64,000 bases of DNA from Smithellaceae bacterium (GTDB lineage: Bacteria > Desulfobacterota > Syntrophia > Syntrophales > Smithellaceae): positions 59,134-123,133 of the forward strand of contig JAUYFM010000007.1 in the NCBI GenBank assembly GCA_030690945.1, read 5' to 3'. Below the pieces are notes generated by a model, which did not search any database, was not told the origin of the DNA, and was given only the letters and a program-made list of their open reading frames with translations. Below, in pieces: positions 54,420-63,216 of the stretch (position 1 is its first letter; each line of letters begins with the position of its first letter). Both the position numbers and the translations under genes were made by a program.

Positions 54420-55745
54420 TTACGTGCACAGGGTTCGTATAATATCTTTCGTCATCTTGATGCCCAGAAGCAGATTATCCATGGAAATCCGCTCGTCGAT
54501 GCCATGGACGCGGCCGAGATCCATGCGTTCCAGAATCATTGGCGTAAAGCCGTAAGCCGGATAGCCGCGCTCGCGCCAGTAACGGCCGTCGGTCGCTCCG
54601 GCCATTAAAAGAGGAAATACACCGGCGCCGGGAGAATGCTTTTTGACAGTCTCAGTGACAGTCTGAAAAAAGAGATTGTCTGTCGGCGCGATTCCCGAAG
54701 GAGGCGACGTCTGGATCATCTCAATCTGAATGCGTTCGTCGGCGATTTGTCCGAGAAGCCATCGGTGAAATTCTTTCGCATCCGTTTCTGGAAGCAGACG
54801 GCAGTCCAACTGAGCTTCGGCACGCTCCGGAATGACATTGATCTGATAGCCGGCCTGGATGATATTGACGCTGATGGTGTCGCGAAGCACGGCGTTGGTA
54901 AATTTTTCGGCAGCGAGTTTTTCTCCTGCCAGTTTCAACACCAGAGGGTTGGCGAGATGTTGCAGCATGAATGAAGCAGGAAATTTTTGCGTGGAAGCCA
55001 GGCCTGCAAACATGGCAGCCGCGGCTGGTCCAACTTTCAGGGGCCGGGGCTTATCGATGATTCTTTGCAGAGCGGCAATAAGCAATGTGTTGGCGCTCCC
55101 GGGGTGCGGCATGGAACCGTGTCCCGGTTCGCCTTTCGCGATGAGTTTGAACCGGTAAATCTGCTTTTCGGCAACGGCGACGGCAAACATGATGCCTTTT
55201 CCAAAAACATCTTTCAGGCCGCCGCTGCCTTCATCCCACACCCATTCGGGATCAATATCTTTTTCGTGATTTTTCATAAGCCAGCGCATGCCGTTGTCGC
55301 CGCCCGGCTCTTCATCCGGCACAGCTGTAAAAACAATGGAACGGCGGAAGCGTGTGCCTTCTTTGATCAACGCCTCCAGGGCAAATAAGAACATGATGCC
55401 CAGGCCCTTGGTGTCGAGCGTGCCGCGTCCCCAGACGAAACCGTCGGCCACCGCGCCGGCAAATGGTGGATAGCGCCATTGGGAAGAATCGGCGGCGACC
55501 ACATCAATGTGATGATTGATCAGCAGCGGCTTTAACCCTTCCGTTCCGGCGATGCGCGCGACGACGAGGCCGCGTCCGGGAATGGGTTCATGGATTTTGA
55601 TATCGGAGGTAATATTGCGGCTGACCAGCTGATCGCGAAGCCACAGCGCCGCCGGCATTTCATTGCCTGGCGGATTGGTCGTGTCGAACTGCACATAACG
55701 ACTCATCGTCGCCACCGCATCTTCCATTAATTTTTTCTCATCCAT
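54420..55745 (-). CDS. M20-family metallopeptidase/amidohydrolase (ArgE/DapE/ACY1/CPG2 type)
   Basis: YVQFDTTNPPGNE, NHHIDVV, DTKG and PDEEPGG motifs. 441 aa. Confidence 0.85.
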   Translation of the reverse strand: MDEKKLMEDAVATMSRYVQFDTTNPPGNEMPAALWLRDQLVSRNITSDIKIHEPIPGRGLVVARIAGTEGLKPLLINHHIDVVAADSSQWRYPPFAGAVADGFVWGRGTLDTKGLGIMFLFALEALIKEGTRFRRSIVFTAVPDEEPGGDNGMRWLMKNHEKDIDPEWVWDEGSGGLKDVFGKGIMFAVAVAEKQIYRFKLIAKGEPGHGSMPHPGSANTLLIAALQRIIDKPRPLKVGPAAAAMFAGLASTQKFPASFMLQHLANPLVLKLAGEKLAAEKFTNAVLRDTISVNIIQAGYQINVIPERAEAQLDCRLLPETDAKEFHRWLLGQIADERIQIEMIQTSPPSGIAPTDNLFFQTVTETVKKHSPGAGVFPLLMAGATDGRYWRERGYPAYGFTPMILERMDLGRVHGIDERISMDNLLLGIKMTKDIIRTLCT

Positions 55746-55776
55746 CTTTTTTGCCTTCAGCCTTCGGTCTTCAGCC

Positions 55777-55804
55777 GTAGGGAACGGTCGCGACCGTTCC
55801 CTAC
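55777..55804. repeat. REP palindrome GTAGGGAACGGTCGCGACCGTTCCCTAC
   Basis: Perfect 28-bp palindrome between the MFS and M20 genes, preceded by the cttcagccttcggtcttcagcc simple repeat. Confidence 0.85.
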
Positions 55805-55808
55805 ATTA

Positions 55809-57101
55809 TTATTCCGCCAGAATCGCCTCATCTTTCACTTTCTGCAAGTCTTCGGGATACGTGCGCGATGCGACAAAAAAGAGAACACCCGCCACAATAC
55901 CAAAGAGTCCGCAAAACATAACCGCCATACTCAAACCGTCGGCGCCTCCGCCCAGCCAGTCCGAAACCGCGCCGACGATATAAGGCCCCCATGCGCCGCC
56001 CAGCATATACTGCGCAAAAATCGCCAGCCCCATGGAAAGCCCTTTATGGGCCACCGGCACAACATCCTGCGAGATGGCGGCAATCGCCGGCATCGCCATG
56101 GCCGCGCAGATACCGTATACACAGGCCAGCGCGATCCCCAGATAACTGAATCCTGTCAGCACAACCACAATCAAAAGCGAGCCGCCGATAATATAAGCCA
56201 CAACCGGAATATACATCCGTCCCCGGGGATTTTTCTTTTGCCAGAAATCCGCCAGAAATCCGCCCAGTGGCGCGCCAAGAATCGCCATCAGGCCGATGCC
56301 GCCGGTGATGATTCCCGCCTTGGCTTCGGAAATATTTAAAACGCGCATCATCAAACTGGGCAGCCAGACTAAAACCGATGAGGTCATGAAAACCGCAATG
56401 CCCAGCCCCAGGTAATACCAGCGCATCGTGGGCAGCTTCAAAACATCAATCAGTGCGGTAAAAAAGCCTTTGATGCCACCCGCGGTATCCGGCTGTTCAG
56501 CGGTTTTATAATCTTTCATGAAGAAAGCCAGGATGCCCAGGATGACGCCGGGTATCGCAAAAAACAGAAACGGTGCGCGCCAGCCGTATTTTGCGGAAAT
56601 GATACCGCCTAGAATCACGCCGACCGCCGCGCCCAGTGGTATGGCGATATGAAAAATGCCCATCGCCCAGCCACGCTTTTCTTTGGGATAGGAAGCGCTG
56701 ATCATAGCGGTGCCGCCCGGGACAAAGCCCGCCTCCCCCAGGCCGACAAAGAAGCGGGGAATCAAAACCCCCGTAAAATTTTTAGCCAGTCCCGTGGTGA
56801 ATGTCGCAATGCTCCAGAAAATGGCCATCAGACCGATCGCCTTCCGCCGGCTCCAGCGGTCAATCAGATAGGCGATGGGAAAGGAAAAAAACGCCATGCC
56901 GAAGATCAATATGGTTGAGGCCAGACCGCACTGCGCGTCCGTCAATCCCAGATCAATCTTCATCGGCTGAAGAATGACTGAAAAAACCTGCCGGTCCATG
57001 TAATTGATGATGTACAAAAGTGTGCAGACAACCAGGACAAAGTGTGCCCGCCCGCCGCCTGTCTTGTATTGCCCGCCATGATCCGACGATTTATGCTTCA
57101 T
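55809..57101 (-). CDS. MFS transporter
   Basis: 12 predicted TMs. MDRQVFSV and LIDRWSRRK loop motifs. Confidence 0.85.
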   Translation of the reverse strand: MKHKSSDHGGQYKTGGGRAHFVLVVCTLLYIINYMDRQVFSVILQPMKIDLGLTDAQCGLASTILIFGMAFFSFPIAYLIDRWSRRKAIGLMAIFWSIATFTTGLAKNFTGVLIPRFFVGLGEAGFVPGGTAMISASYPKEKRGWAMGIFHIAIPLGAAVGVILGGIISAKYGWRAPFLFFAIPGVILGILAFFMKDYKTAEQPDTAGGIKGFFTALIDVLKLPTMRWYYLGLGIAVFMTSSVLVWLPSLMMRVLNISEAKAGIITGGIGLMAILGAPLGGFLADFWQKKNPRGRMYIPVVAYIIGGSLLIVVVLTGFSYLGIALACVYGICAAMAMPAIAAISQDVVPVAHKGLSMGLAIFAQYMLGGAWGPYIVGAVSDWLGGGADGLSMAVMFCGLFGIVAGVLFFVASRTYPEDLQKVKDEAILAE

Positions 57102-57119
57102 AAAACCTCCCTCGTGATT

Positions 57120-57908
57120 TTATGCCTTTGTTTCTTCTGCGAGGCACGCTGCGCCGTAAGCCGCGGAAAGTCTCGGCTTTTCCGGAACCAGAATTTTTAC
57201 TTTCAGCGCGCAGCCTACGGCCTGCACCAGTCCTGCGTCCTCGCCACCACCGCCGGTGAGCACGACGTCCGGCTCCAGTTTCAGTCTTTTAACCAGCATG
57301 CTCACTTTGGCGGCCATGGCCCGGTGGACGCCTGCCAGAATATCTTCGGCTTTTGCGCCTTCGGCAATGCGGGAAATGGTTTCCGATTCGGCAAAGACGG
57401 CGCAATTGGTGGAAAACTCGACGGGCTTTTGCGACTGCAAAGAAAGAGGCCCGATGTCGTCGAGGCTGATATGCAGAATCCGCGCAATCACCTGTAGAAA
57501 TCTGCCGGAGCCGGTAGCGCATTTTTCACTCATGAGAAAGTCGGCGATCCTTCCCTCCGGCGTAATTTTTGCAGCTTTCGTGAATTGCCCGCCGATGTCG
57601 ATAATCATCCGCGCCGAGGGGAAAAGACAGTGGCATCCTTTCGCCTGGCAGGAAATGTCGGAAATTTGCCGTGCTGTAAAAGGCGTACTTTCCGCGCCAA
57701 GTCCCGTGACAACAAGGCCGGAGAGTTGCTCCATGGGGATACCGGCCTGGGATAACACGTCATCCATTACCTTTCTCGCGCCATCTTTATAATTGCCGCC
57801 GGAAGCGATAAGGCTCGAAGCGATCAGCCGCTTTTCGCTCGTCAAAGCGGCTTTGATGGAGACGGATCCAACATCGAGGCCGGCGTAATATTTTTTTGTG
57901 TCGTTCAT
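57120..57908 (-). CDS. BadF/BadG/BcrA/BcrD-type ATPase subunit (BcrD-like)
   Basis: ATG at 57908 (MNDTKKYYAGLDVGSVS). Cluster-ligand contexts DISCQAKG and SEKCATGSGRF. The longer track ORF would overlap the upstream gene by 38 nt. Confidence 0.8.
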   Translation of the reverse strand: MNDTKKYYAGLDVGSVSIKAALTSEKRLIASSLIASGGNYKDGARKVMDDVLSQAGIPMEQLSGLVVTGLGAESTPFTARQISDISCQAKGCHCLFPSARMIIDIGGQFTKAAKITPEGRIADFLMSEKCATGSGRFLQVIARILHISLDDIGPLSLQSQKPVEFSTNCAVFAESETISRIAEGAKAEDILAGVHRAMAAKVSMLVKRLKLEPDVVLTGGGGEDAGLVQAVGCALKVKILVPEKPRLSAAYGAACLAEETKA

Positions 57909-57921
57909 AAAAGACCGTTCC

Positions 57922-58752
57922 CTACGAGAAGAATTTGACTTCTTCCCGCTTTCGTTCATGTGCCGGTCTCACGCCGCGGTCATAAAAATCTTTTCCAACG
58001 AGCGCTGCACCCAGCGCCCCGGTGATAAAGGGCTCGGGCGGCGTCAGCACGGGGAAGCCGACCTTGCCCGCGATGGCTTTGATGAGCCCGACATTTTTTG
58101 CGCCGCCGCCGGTGACAACCACATCCTTTTCAATGCCCAGATGGCGCGTCATGTTGACGACGCGACCCGCGATGGCTTCGTGCAGACCGGCGACAATTTC
58201 CGCCACACCCGCGCCTTCGGACAGACGCGAGGTTACTTCATGCTCGGCAAAGACCGTGCACATGTTGGAAATCTGGACAAAGCCGTTGGCCTTGAGAGCG
58301 ATCTCGCCCATATCCACCAGATTGATGCCCAGTGTTTCGGCGATCACTTCCAGAAAACGGCCGGTTCCGGCTGCGCATTTGTCATTCATAACAAAGTTGG
58401 CTACCTTGCCTTCGGCATCGAGCTTGATGCCTTTGGAGTCCTGACCGCCGATATCGATGATGATGCGCACGGAGGGAAACAGAGAACGGATGCCGCGTGC
58501 GTGACAGGTAATCTCCGTGATTTGTTTGTCGGCAAACGGAACATTAATGCGGCCATAGCCTGTGGCGACGATAAAATTGAGATTCTCGAACTGGAGCCCC
58601 GACTTTTGGATGGTATCTTCCATGACTTTGAGCGCCAGATGACGATGTTCCACACCTGTTGGTCCGATGTGCGAGGCAAGCATTTTTTCTTTGTCATCCA
58701 CCACAACAACCTTCGTCATTGTGGACCCGATATCAATTCCGGCGAACGGCAT
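57922..58752 (-). CDS. BadF/BadG/BcrA/BcrD-type ATPase subunit (BcrA-like)
   Basis: MPFAGIDIGSTMTK, EITCHARG and NDKCAAGTGRF. 276 aa. Confidence 0.8.
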   Translation of the reverse strand: MPFAGIDIGSTMTKVVVVDDKEKMLASHIGPTGVEHRHLALKVMEDTIQKSGLQFENLNFIVATGYGRINVPFADKQITEITCHARGIRSLFPSVRIIIDIGGQDSKGIKLDAEGKVANFVMNDKCAAGTGRFLEVIAETLGINLVDMGEIALKANGFVQISNMCTVFAEHEVTSRLSEGAGVAEIVAGLHEAIAGRVVNMTRHLGIEKDVVVTGGGAKNVGLIKAIAGKVGFPVLTPPEPFITGALGAALVGKDFYDRGVRPAHERKREEVKFFS

Positions 58753-58795
58753 AAATTTATACTTTCTTCATCGAACGAGAAAACTCAGGGGCGGC

Positions 58796-58851
58796 AAGGC
58801 CACCACCAAAGGGTGGTAAGGCCACCACCAAAGGGCGGGAAGACCCCGCCC
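58796..58851. repeat. intra-operon repeat cluster
   Basis: Direct repeat aaggccaccaccaaaggg x2 (58796-58813 and 58818-58835), then hairpin GGGCGGG-aagac-CCCGCCC (58833-58851). Further small palindromes extend to 58905. Confidence 0.7.
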
Positions 58852-58909
58852 CTACGGCCTTCAGTCTTCAGTCCGGCATACGCCGGATTCCGCGCTTCGC
58901 GCTCCACCT

Positions 58910-60217
58910 TCAGCCTTTTTCCCTGCCTTCCAGTGCTTCAATAAACGCACTGATCTGTGCCTTCCACTGTGCTTCCGAGTAATCCCGCAAATCCACCATG
59001 TCGGAGACCAGCTGCATCATGGGGATGCTGGTGTATTTTCCCAGTTCGCTTTTGATATGGGTCTGGCCGATGGTGGTCGCGCGGCAGGAGCGGCAGGCAT
59101 GGAAGACAACGCCGTCGATTTTGTAATCGTCGATCAGCCCCAGTAATTTTTCTACAATGGGGTTGCCGCTGTGAGCACGCGCTTTTTCATGATAGCGCGT
59201 GAAGCGCAAAAACGCCCGCCAGGCCAGGTAATCGACCGGGTCTTTCACGTGCGAAGGCACTTCCACCGGATCAAAACCGCGATAGACGTTTTCAATGACA
59301 AACACTGCGCCGAAACTTTCAAAGTAGTTGAAGATCCAGAGTGTGTGCCAGGGCGGCAGGCCGCCGCCATAGAGTATCCGGTATTTTTCATCAGCGATGA
59401 CGCCGATTTTGTTGTCCACCTTGTATTTCACTTCATCGTAGAGCTTCTGGTAAAAATCAACGGCGATCTGCGTGCCCGAGTAGTAATGGCCGGCCACCAT
59501 GATGCTGAAGTGGTCCTGTGAAGGCATGGGAGACGGAACGGCCACACGCAGACGGTCGATGTCATACCAGATCTGCCAGGCCTTGTCGCCCAGGCGAATA
59601 GCTTCCCACAGACGCTCCTTATCCATTTTCTTTCCGGTCTGTTTTTCCAAAAATTCGATCAGGCCCAGCAGCTGATCGCGCTGGTATTTAATGTAATAAT
59701 CGCGCACTTCGTTTAAATCCGCCTGCGGAGGCGGCGCGACAACATCCATGCCAAAGGTGGGCGCCGCAAGAAAACGGCTGGTCGCCTGAAACCATTTAAA
59801 ACGGGGGTCGCACACGGCGGAACTCCCCAGCATCATGTCGGGAACAGGCATGCCGCCGTCGGGGCTGCCCTCCGGGATATGACCCAGTTCCTTGCGCAGA
59901 GAGTCAAAGCCCAGACCGATGCGCGCGTAGCTGCACAAGACCTGAGAATATCCGTCCGCTTCCGCCTTCAGAAGAAAGCGGTCCATGTCGCGTTTGGCGG
60001 CGCAAAGGCCGGCGTAATTTTCCGTGGGCAGCGGCACAATATCCATCGCGCGCAGGATTTCGTCATACTGGGACGCAACCATCATGTAGGCCACTTTTTG
60101 CCCGTTGGCCTTGGCTTCGTGCGCGCTCTGATAAATGTTTTTGACCATCGCCCGCACCAGGCGAGCCGTGTCCGTGCCTTTGACGGCTGTCGTTTTGATC
60201 TGCTGATTCGCTTCCAT
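58910..60217 (-). CDS. benzoyl-CoA reductase / 2-hydroxyacyl-CoA dehydratase family subunit (BcrB/BzdO-like)
   Basis: HGD-D family pattern (KVAYMMVASQYDEILRAMDIVPL..., LCSYARIGLG, HACRSC). 435 aa. Confidence 0.8.
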   Translation of the reverse strand: MEANQQIKTTAVKGTDTARLVRAMVKNIYQSAHEAKANGQKVAYMMVASQYDEILRAMDIVPLPTENYAGLCAAKRDMDRFLLKAEADGYSQVLCSYARIGLGFDSLRKELGHIPEGSPDGGMPVPDMMLGSSAVCDPRFKWFQATSRFLAAPTFGMDVVAPPPQADLNEVRDYYIKYQRDQLLGLIEFLEKQTGKKMDKERLWEAIRLGDKAWQIWYDIDRLRVAVPSPMPSQDHFSIMVAGHYYSGTQIAVDFYQKLYDEVKYKVDNKIGVIADEKYRILYGGGLPPWHTLWIFNYFESFGAVFVIENVYRGFDPVEVPSHVKDPVDYLAWRAFLRFTRYHEKARAHSGNPIVEKLLGLIDDYKIDGVVFHACRSCRATTIGQTHIKSELGKYTSIPMMQLVSDMVDLRDYSEAQWKAQISAFIEALEGREKG

Positions 60218-60228
60218 GGTAGTACTCC

Positions 60229-60801
60229 TTAATTTAATCCGTAGGGAACGGTCTTGCCACCCGCATGGGTGGTCGCCTGTTCCCTACAAAAAAGTTCATT
60301 CCCGTTTATATCAGAATTGTTTTTATCCAATTCCCAACTCAAAGGGTTATTGGTAATGTATTCCCTTATGAGATGTAATTCTTTTTCATCTCGGACAACC
60401 CGGTCGTAAAAGGATTTCTGCCAGCGAAAATCGGAATGCCCCACCAAGTGAATCATTTTTGACGATGTTGTCTTGAAAGCGCCTACCAATTCCGGAAGGG
60501 GTTTTACCTTGCAATCCTGTAGGGAACGGTCGCGACCGTTCCCTACGACGTGGATGATTCCATGTAGGTGATTCGGCATCACGATAAATTCATCGATCTG
60601 AAGATAATGATATTGATCGAATAACCAGTTCCATTGCTTTTTCACAATTTCCCCCGCTTCATTTAGTACCATGCTACCATCGATAATTTTTCCAAACCGG
60701 TATTGCATATCCTGTACACAAATCGTCACGAAATACGCGCCATGCGTTGCATAATCAAATTCTGCCAGTCGCTGTTTTTTTCTCTCTTTCATAACATGCA
60801 C
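60229..60801 (-). CDS. REP-associated tyrosine transposase (RAYT; IS200/IS605 Y1 HUH family)
   Basis: YFVTICV. HUH motif MPNHLHGII. WQKSFYDRVVRDEKELHLIREYITNNP (catalytic Tyr region). Flanked by REP palindromes on both sides. Confidence 0.75.
   Translation of the reverse strand: MHVMKERKKQRLAEFDYATHGAYFVTICVQDMQYRFGKIIDGSMVLNEAGEIVKKQWNWLFDQYHYLQIDEFIVMPNHLHGIIHVVGNGRDRSLQDCKVKPLPELVGAFKTTSSKMIHLVGHSDFRWQKSFYDRVVRDEKELHLIREYITNNPLSWELDKNNSDINGNELFCREQATTHAGGKTVPYGLN
60241..60287. repeat. composite REP (REP arms enclosing the 22-mer gtcttgccacccgcatgggtgg)
   Basis: gtagggaacggt ... gttccctac arms. Overlaps the 3' end of the RAYT ORF. Confidence 0.8.
60519..60546. repeat. REP palindrome inside the RAYT coding sequence
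   Basis: Perfect GTAGGGAACGGTCGCGACCGTTCCCTAC. Translated in frame as VGNGRDRSL between the HUH and Tyr motifs. Confidence 0.85.
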
Positions 60802-60805
60802 AAAT

Positions 60806-60833
60806 GTAGGGAACGGTCGTGACCGTTCCCTAC
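60806..60833. repeat. REP palindrome (variant with cgtg centre)
   Basis: GTAGGGAACGGTCGTGACCGTTCCCTAC. Lies between the BcrC-like stop and the RAYT start. Confidence 0.85.
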
Positions 60834-61969
60834 GAAATCATTTCTAAGAACGCTTGTATGCGTGTTCGCAACTGCCCGATTGTCGATGTTGAATAATCGT
60901 CCTCGATCATCAGCACGGGCAGTTTCAGGCTGTTTAAATATTCCCGTAGATCCGGGCCTTCCAGTTCGCACGTGTCGCAGTAGCGGACGATGTAAAAGAT
61001 CACGCCGTTTGCCTGCCACTGACTGATAAATTCTTTCATGTAACCGAAACGGCTTTCCAGATCCTCTTGGCGATTGCCGTCCTGCGGTTTGAGGCTGCGC
61101 GGACAGTGCGTGCAGATATAACGTTTAGCGATGCCGTCAAGCGGATCATTTGTCTCGGAAACATCCTCCCAGAAAAAGCGCGTTCCCGTACACAGGTCAT
61201 CCATCACAGCATGCGCGCCGCACTCCTCCACTAATCGGATAAACGCGATATCGTCAATTTCGTTGCCCCAAAGGAAAATACGGGGCAGGCCGTCCGCTTT
61301 CGGAGCGGGACGGCCTTTGATTTCATCGATATAGTCTTGCACCAGTTCAATGTGCTCCAAAGCGGGGATGCCCATACCCGCCACCAGCACTTTGGTGATT
61401 TCCGTCCCGGATACGCGCGGTGGATTTTCCTTTCGCAGATCATAGAGTTCGCGAAGCAGGGCGCGTCGCCGGTTGTAAAGCTTCACGGCGTCCCGAAGTT
61501 TGTTTTGATCCAGTTTTGTGCCGGAAAATTCTTCCAGACGTTTGATAAAATAATCCAGCTCCTTGCGGTAGAAGACATCGGAAGACGGTCCCATCATATG
61601 CGGAACATTGATCATGTGATTGAAAGGAGACGGCTTGTTGCTGCGCCAGATATGATACATCCGTTCGATGGTGTCGCAACTATGTGGCGCGACAAACCCG
61701 TCGAGAAAATCGTATTCGCCCTTGAGCGCCATGTTAAAACAACTGCGGGCGAAAGGGCAAGCCATCGGTTCCAAGAGTGCGTCCGCTTCGTCGATGGGAT
61801 CGTTCTGACTGCCCTGAATGCGGTAGGGCACCATATCAAAGGCGGTGATAATTTCGTCCGGAACAAAACAGCAAAAATAACCGATGACCTTTTTACCCGC
61901 ATCATGCAATTCTTTCGCACGTTTGCCTCTCTCATTATATAGTTCTTCAATTTTTTGCACAACGCTCAT
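60830..61969 (-). CDS. benzoyl-CoA reductase / 2-hydroxyacyl-CoA dehydratase family subunit (BcrC/BzdN-like)
   Basis: HGD-D family pattern (KVIGYFCCFVPDEIITAFDMVPYRI, ACPFARSC, HSCDT, VRYCDTC). 379 aa. Confidence 0.8.
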   Translation of the reverse strand: MSVVQKIEELYNERGKRAKELHDAGKKVIGYFCCFVPDEIITAFDMVPYRIQGSQNDPIDEADALLEPMACPFARSCFNMALKGEYDFLDGFVAPHSCDTIERMYHIWRSNKPSPFNHMINVPHMMGPSSDVFYRKELDYFIKRLEEFSGTKLDQNKLRDAVKLYNRRRALLRELYDLRKENPPRVSGTEITKVLVAGMGIPALEHIELVQDYIDEIKGRPAPKADGLPRIFLWGNEIDDIAFIRLVEECGAHAVMDDLCTGTRFFWEDVSETNDPLDGIAKRYICTHCPRSLKPQDGNRQEDLESRFGYMKEFISQWQANGVIFYIVRYCDTCELEGPDLREYLNSLKLPVLMIEDDYSTSTIGQLRTRIQAFLEMIS

Positions 61970-62101
61970 GGCGGCAACCCCTTTCCCCTTGTAAATTAAA
62001 ATGACGGCGGATTATTGAGTTTATTGCTGATAAAATCAAGCGGATTTTTCAGATATTTCTGGGTTCTTGATCAGAGCCGTCCGACATGATATGTTTTACC
62101 C

Positions 62102-62920
62102 ATGAGAAGAACCATCATCCAAATTTATGAAGTACAAAAACCAAAAGAGGCCGAAGCTTTAGCCGATTTGGGCGTGGACCATATCGGGAGCGTGCTCACT
62201 GATTCCGATCAATGGAAAAATGCGACCATTCGTAAAACGAGCCAGGTCATACGGCAGGCGGGGGCCAAAAGCGGCCTGATTCCACTTTTTAAAGACCCGG
62301 TAAAAATTTTTCAGGCTATTAATTATTATCAGCCGGATTTTGTTCATTTTTGCGAAGCGCTGTCTCCTTTTCCGGGAGATCGGGCGACCGTTGTGCGCGA
62401 ATATGACGCGCTGCTTTCTTTGCAGTTGGATGTGAAAGACCGCTTCCCCGAGATCGAGATCATGCGCTCACTCAGTATCCCGCAGTCGGGAATGGTTCAG
62501 ACGGACGATATTCTAAAAAATATTCTGCATTTTGCCGAACTCTTTGCACCGTTTTCGGATTATTTTTTGATCGATACAATGCTTGGTGGTGGTGAACAGC
62601 CCGTCGCGGGTTATGTCGGGATCACCGGCCGGGTTTGCGATTGGAAGATTGCCGGGGCCGTTATCGACTGGAGTCCGATTCCGGTTATTCTGGCGGGCGG
62701 TATTTCCGACATCAATGCATTTGAAGCGGTGACAACCTTGAAACCTGCCGGAATCGACAGTTGTACCCAAACCAACGCGGTTGATAAAAACGGACAGTCT
62801 GTGCGCTTTAAAAAAGATATGAAAAAAGTCAAGCGGCTTGTTGAGGAAACCCGCCGGGCCGACCAGTTTATCGAGGGAGAAGATTTTGCCGCAGACCGGA
62901 TCCATACAAAGCGAAGATAA
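62102..62920 (+). CDS. phosphoribosylanthranilate isomerase (TrpF)-like TIM-barrel protein
   Basis: QIYEVQKPKEAEALADLGVDHIG N-terminus. LIDT...GITGRVCDW and PVILAGGIS...AGIDSCTQTN resemble the PRAI pattern. Assessed by eye only. Confidence 0.5.
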   Translation: MRRTIIQIYEVQKPKEAEALADLGVDHIGSVLTDSDQWKNATIRKTSQVIRQAGAKSGLIPLFKDPVKIFQAINYYQPDFVHFCEALSPFPGDRATVVREYDALLSLQLDVKDRFPEIEIMRSLSIPQSGMVQTDDILKNILHFAELFAPFSDYFLIDTMLGGGEQPVAGYVGITGRVCDWKIAGAVIDWSPIPVILAGGISDINAFEAVTTLKPAGIDSCTQTNAVDKNGQSVRFKKDMKKVKRLVEETRRADQFIEGEDFAADRIHTKRR

Positions 62921-63215
62921 GACGATTACCGCAATGATCCATCTATACTGCCGTGAGCGTCATCAGACCAACCCTTCTGAGTTGTGTTTTTCGTGCAGGG
63001 AACTTTTGACCTATGCCAAATCGCGGCTGGACAAATGCCCCTATGCGAAAGACAAGCCAACGTGCGCGCAATGTCCGGTGCATTGCTATCAGCCTGAACG
63101 GCGCAGACAAATTCAGCAAGTGATGCGTTATGCCGGGCCCCGCATGATGCGCTCCCATCCTTTTTTGGCGATTCGCCATTTGTTGAGAAAACTCAAAAAA
63201 CCGAAAGTGCGTTAA
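62886..63215 (+). CDS. nitrous-oxide-stimulated-promoter (YgbA-like) family Cys-rich protein
   Basis: TITAMIHLYCRERH...CFSC...LDKCPYAKDKPTCAQCPVHCY...MRYAGPRMM. The start is uncertain: TTG at 62886 after GGGAG, and the track start is 62838. Confidence 0.6.
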   Translation: MPQTGSIQSEDKTITAMIHLYCRERHQTNPSELCFSCRELLTYAKSRLDKCPYAKDKPTCAQCPVHCYQPERRRQIQQVMRYAGPRMMRSHPFLAIRHLLRKLKKPKVR

Positions 63216-63216
63216 T

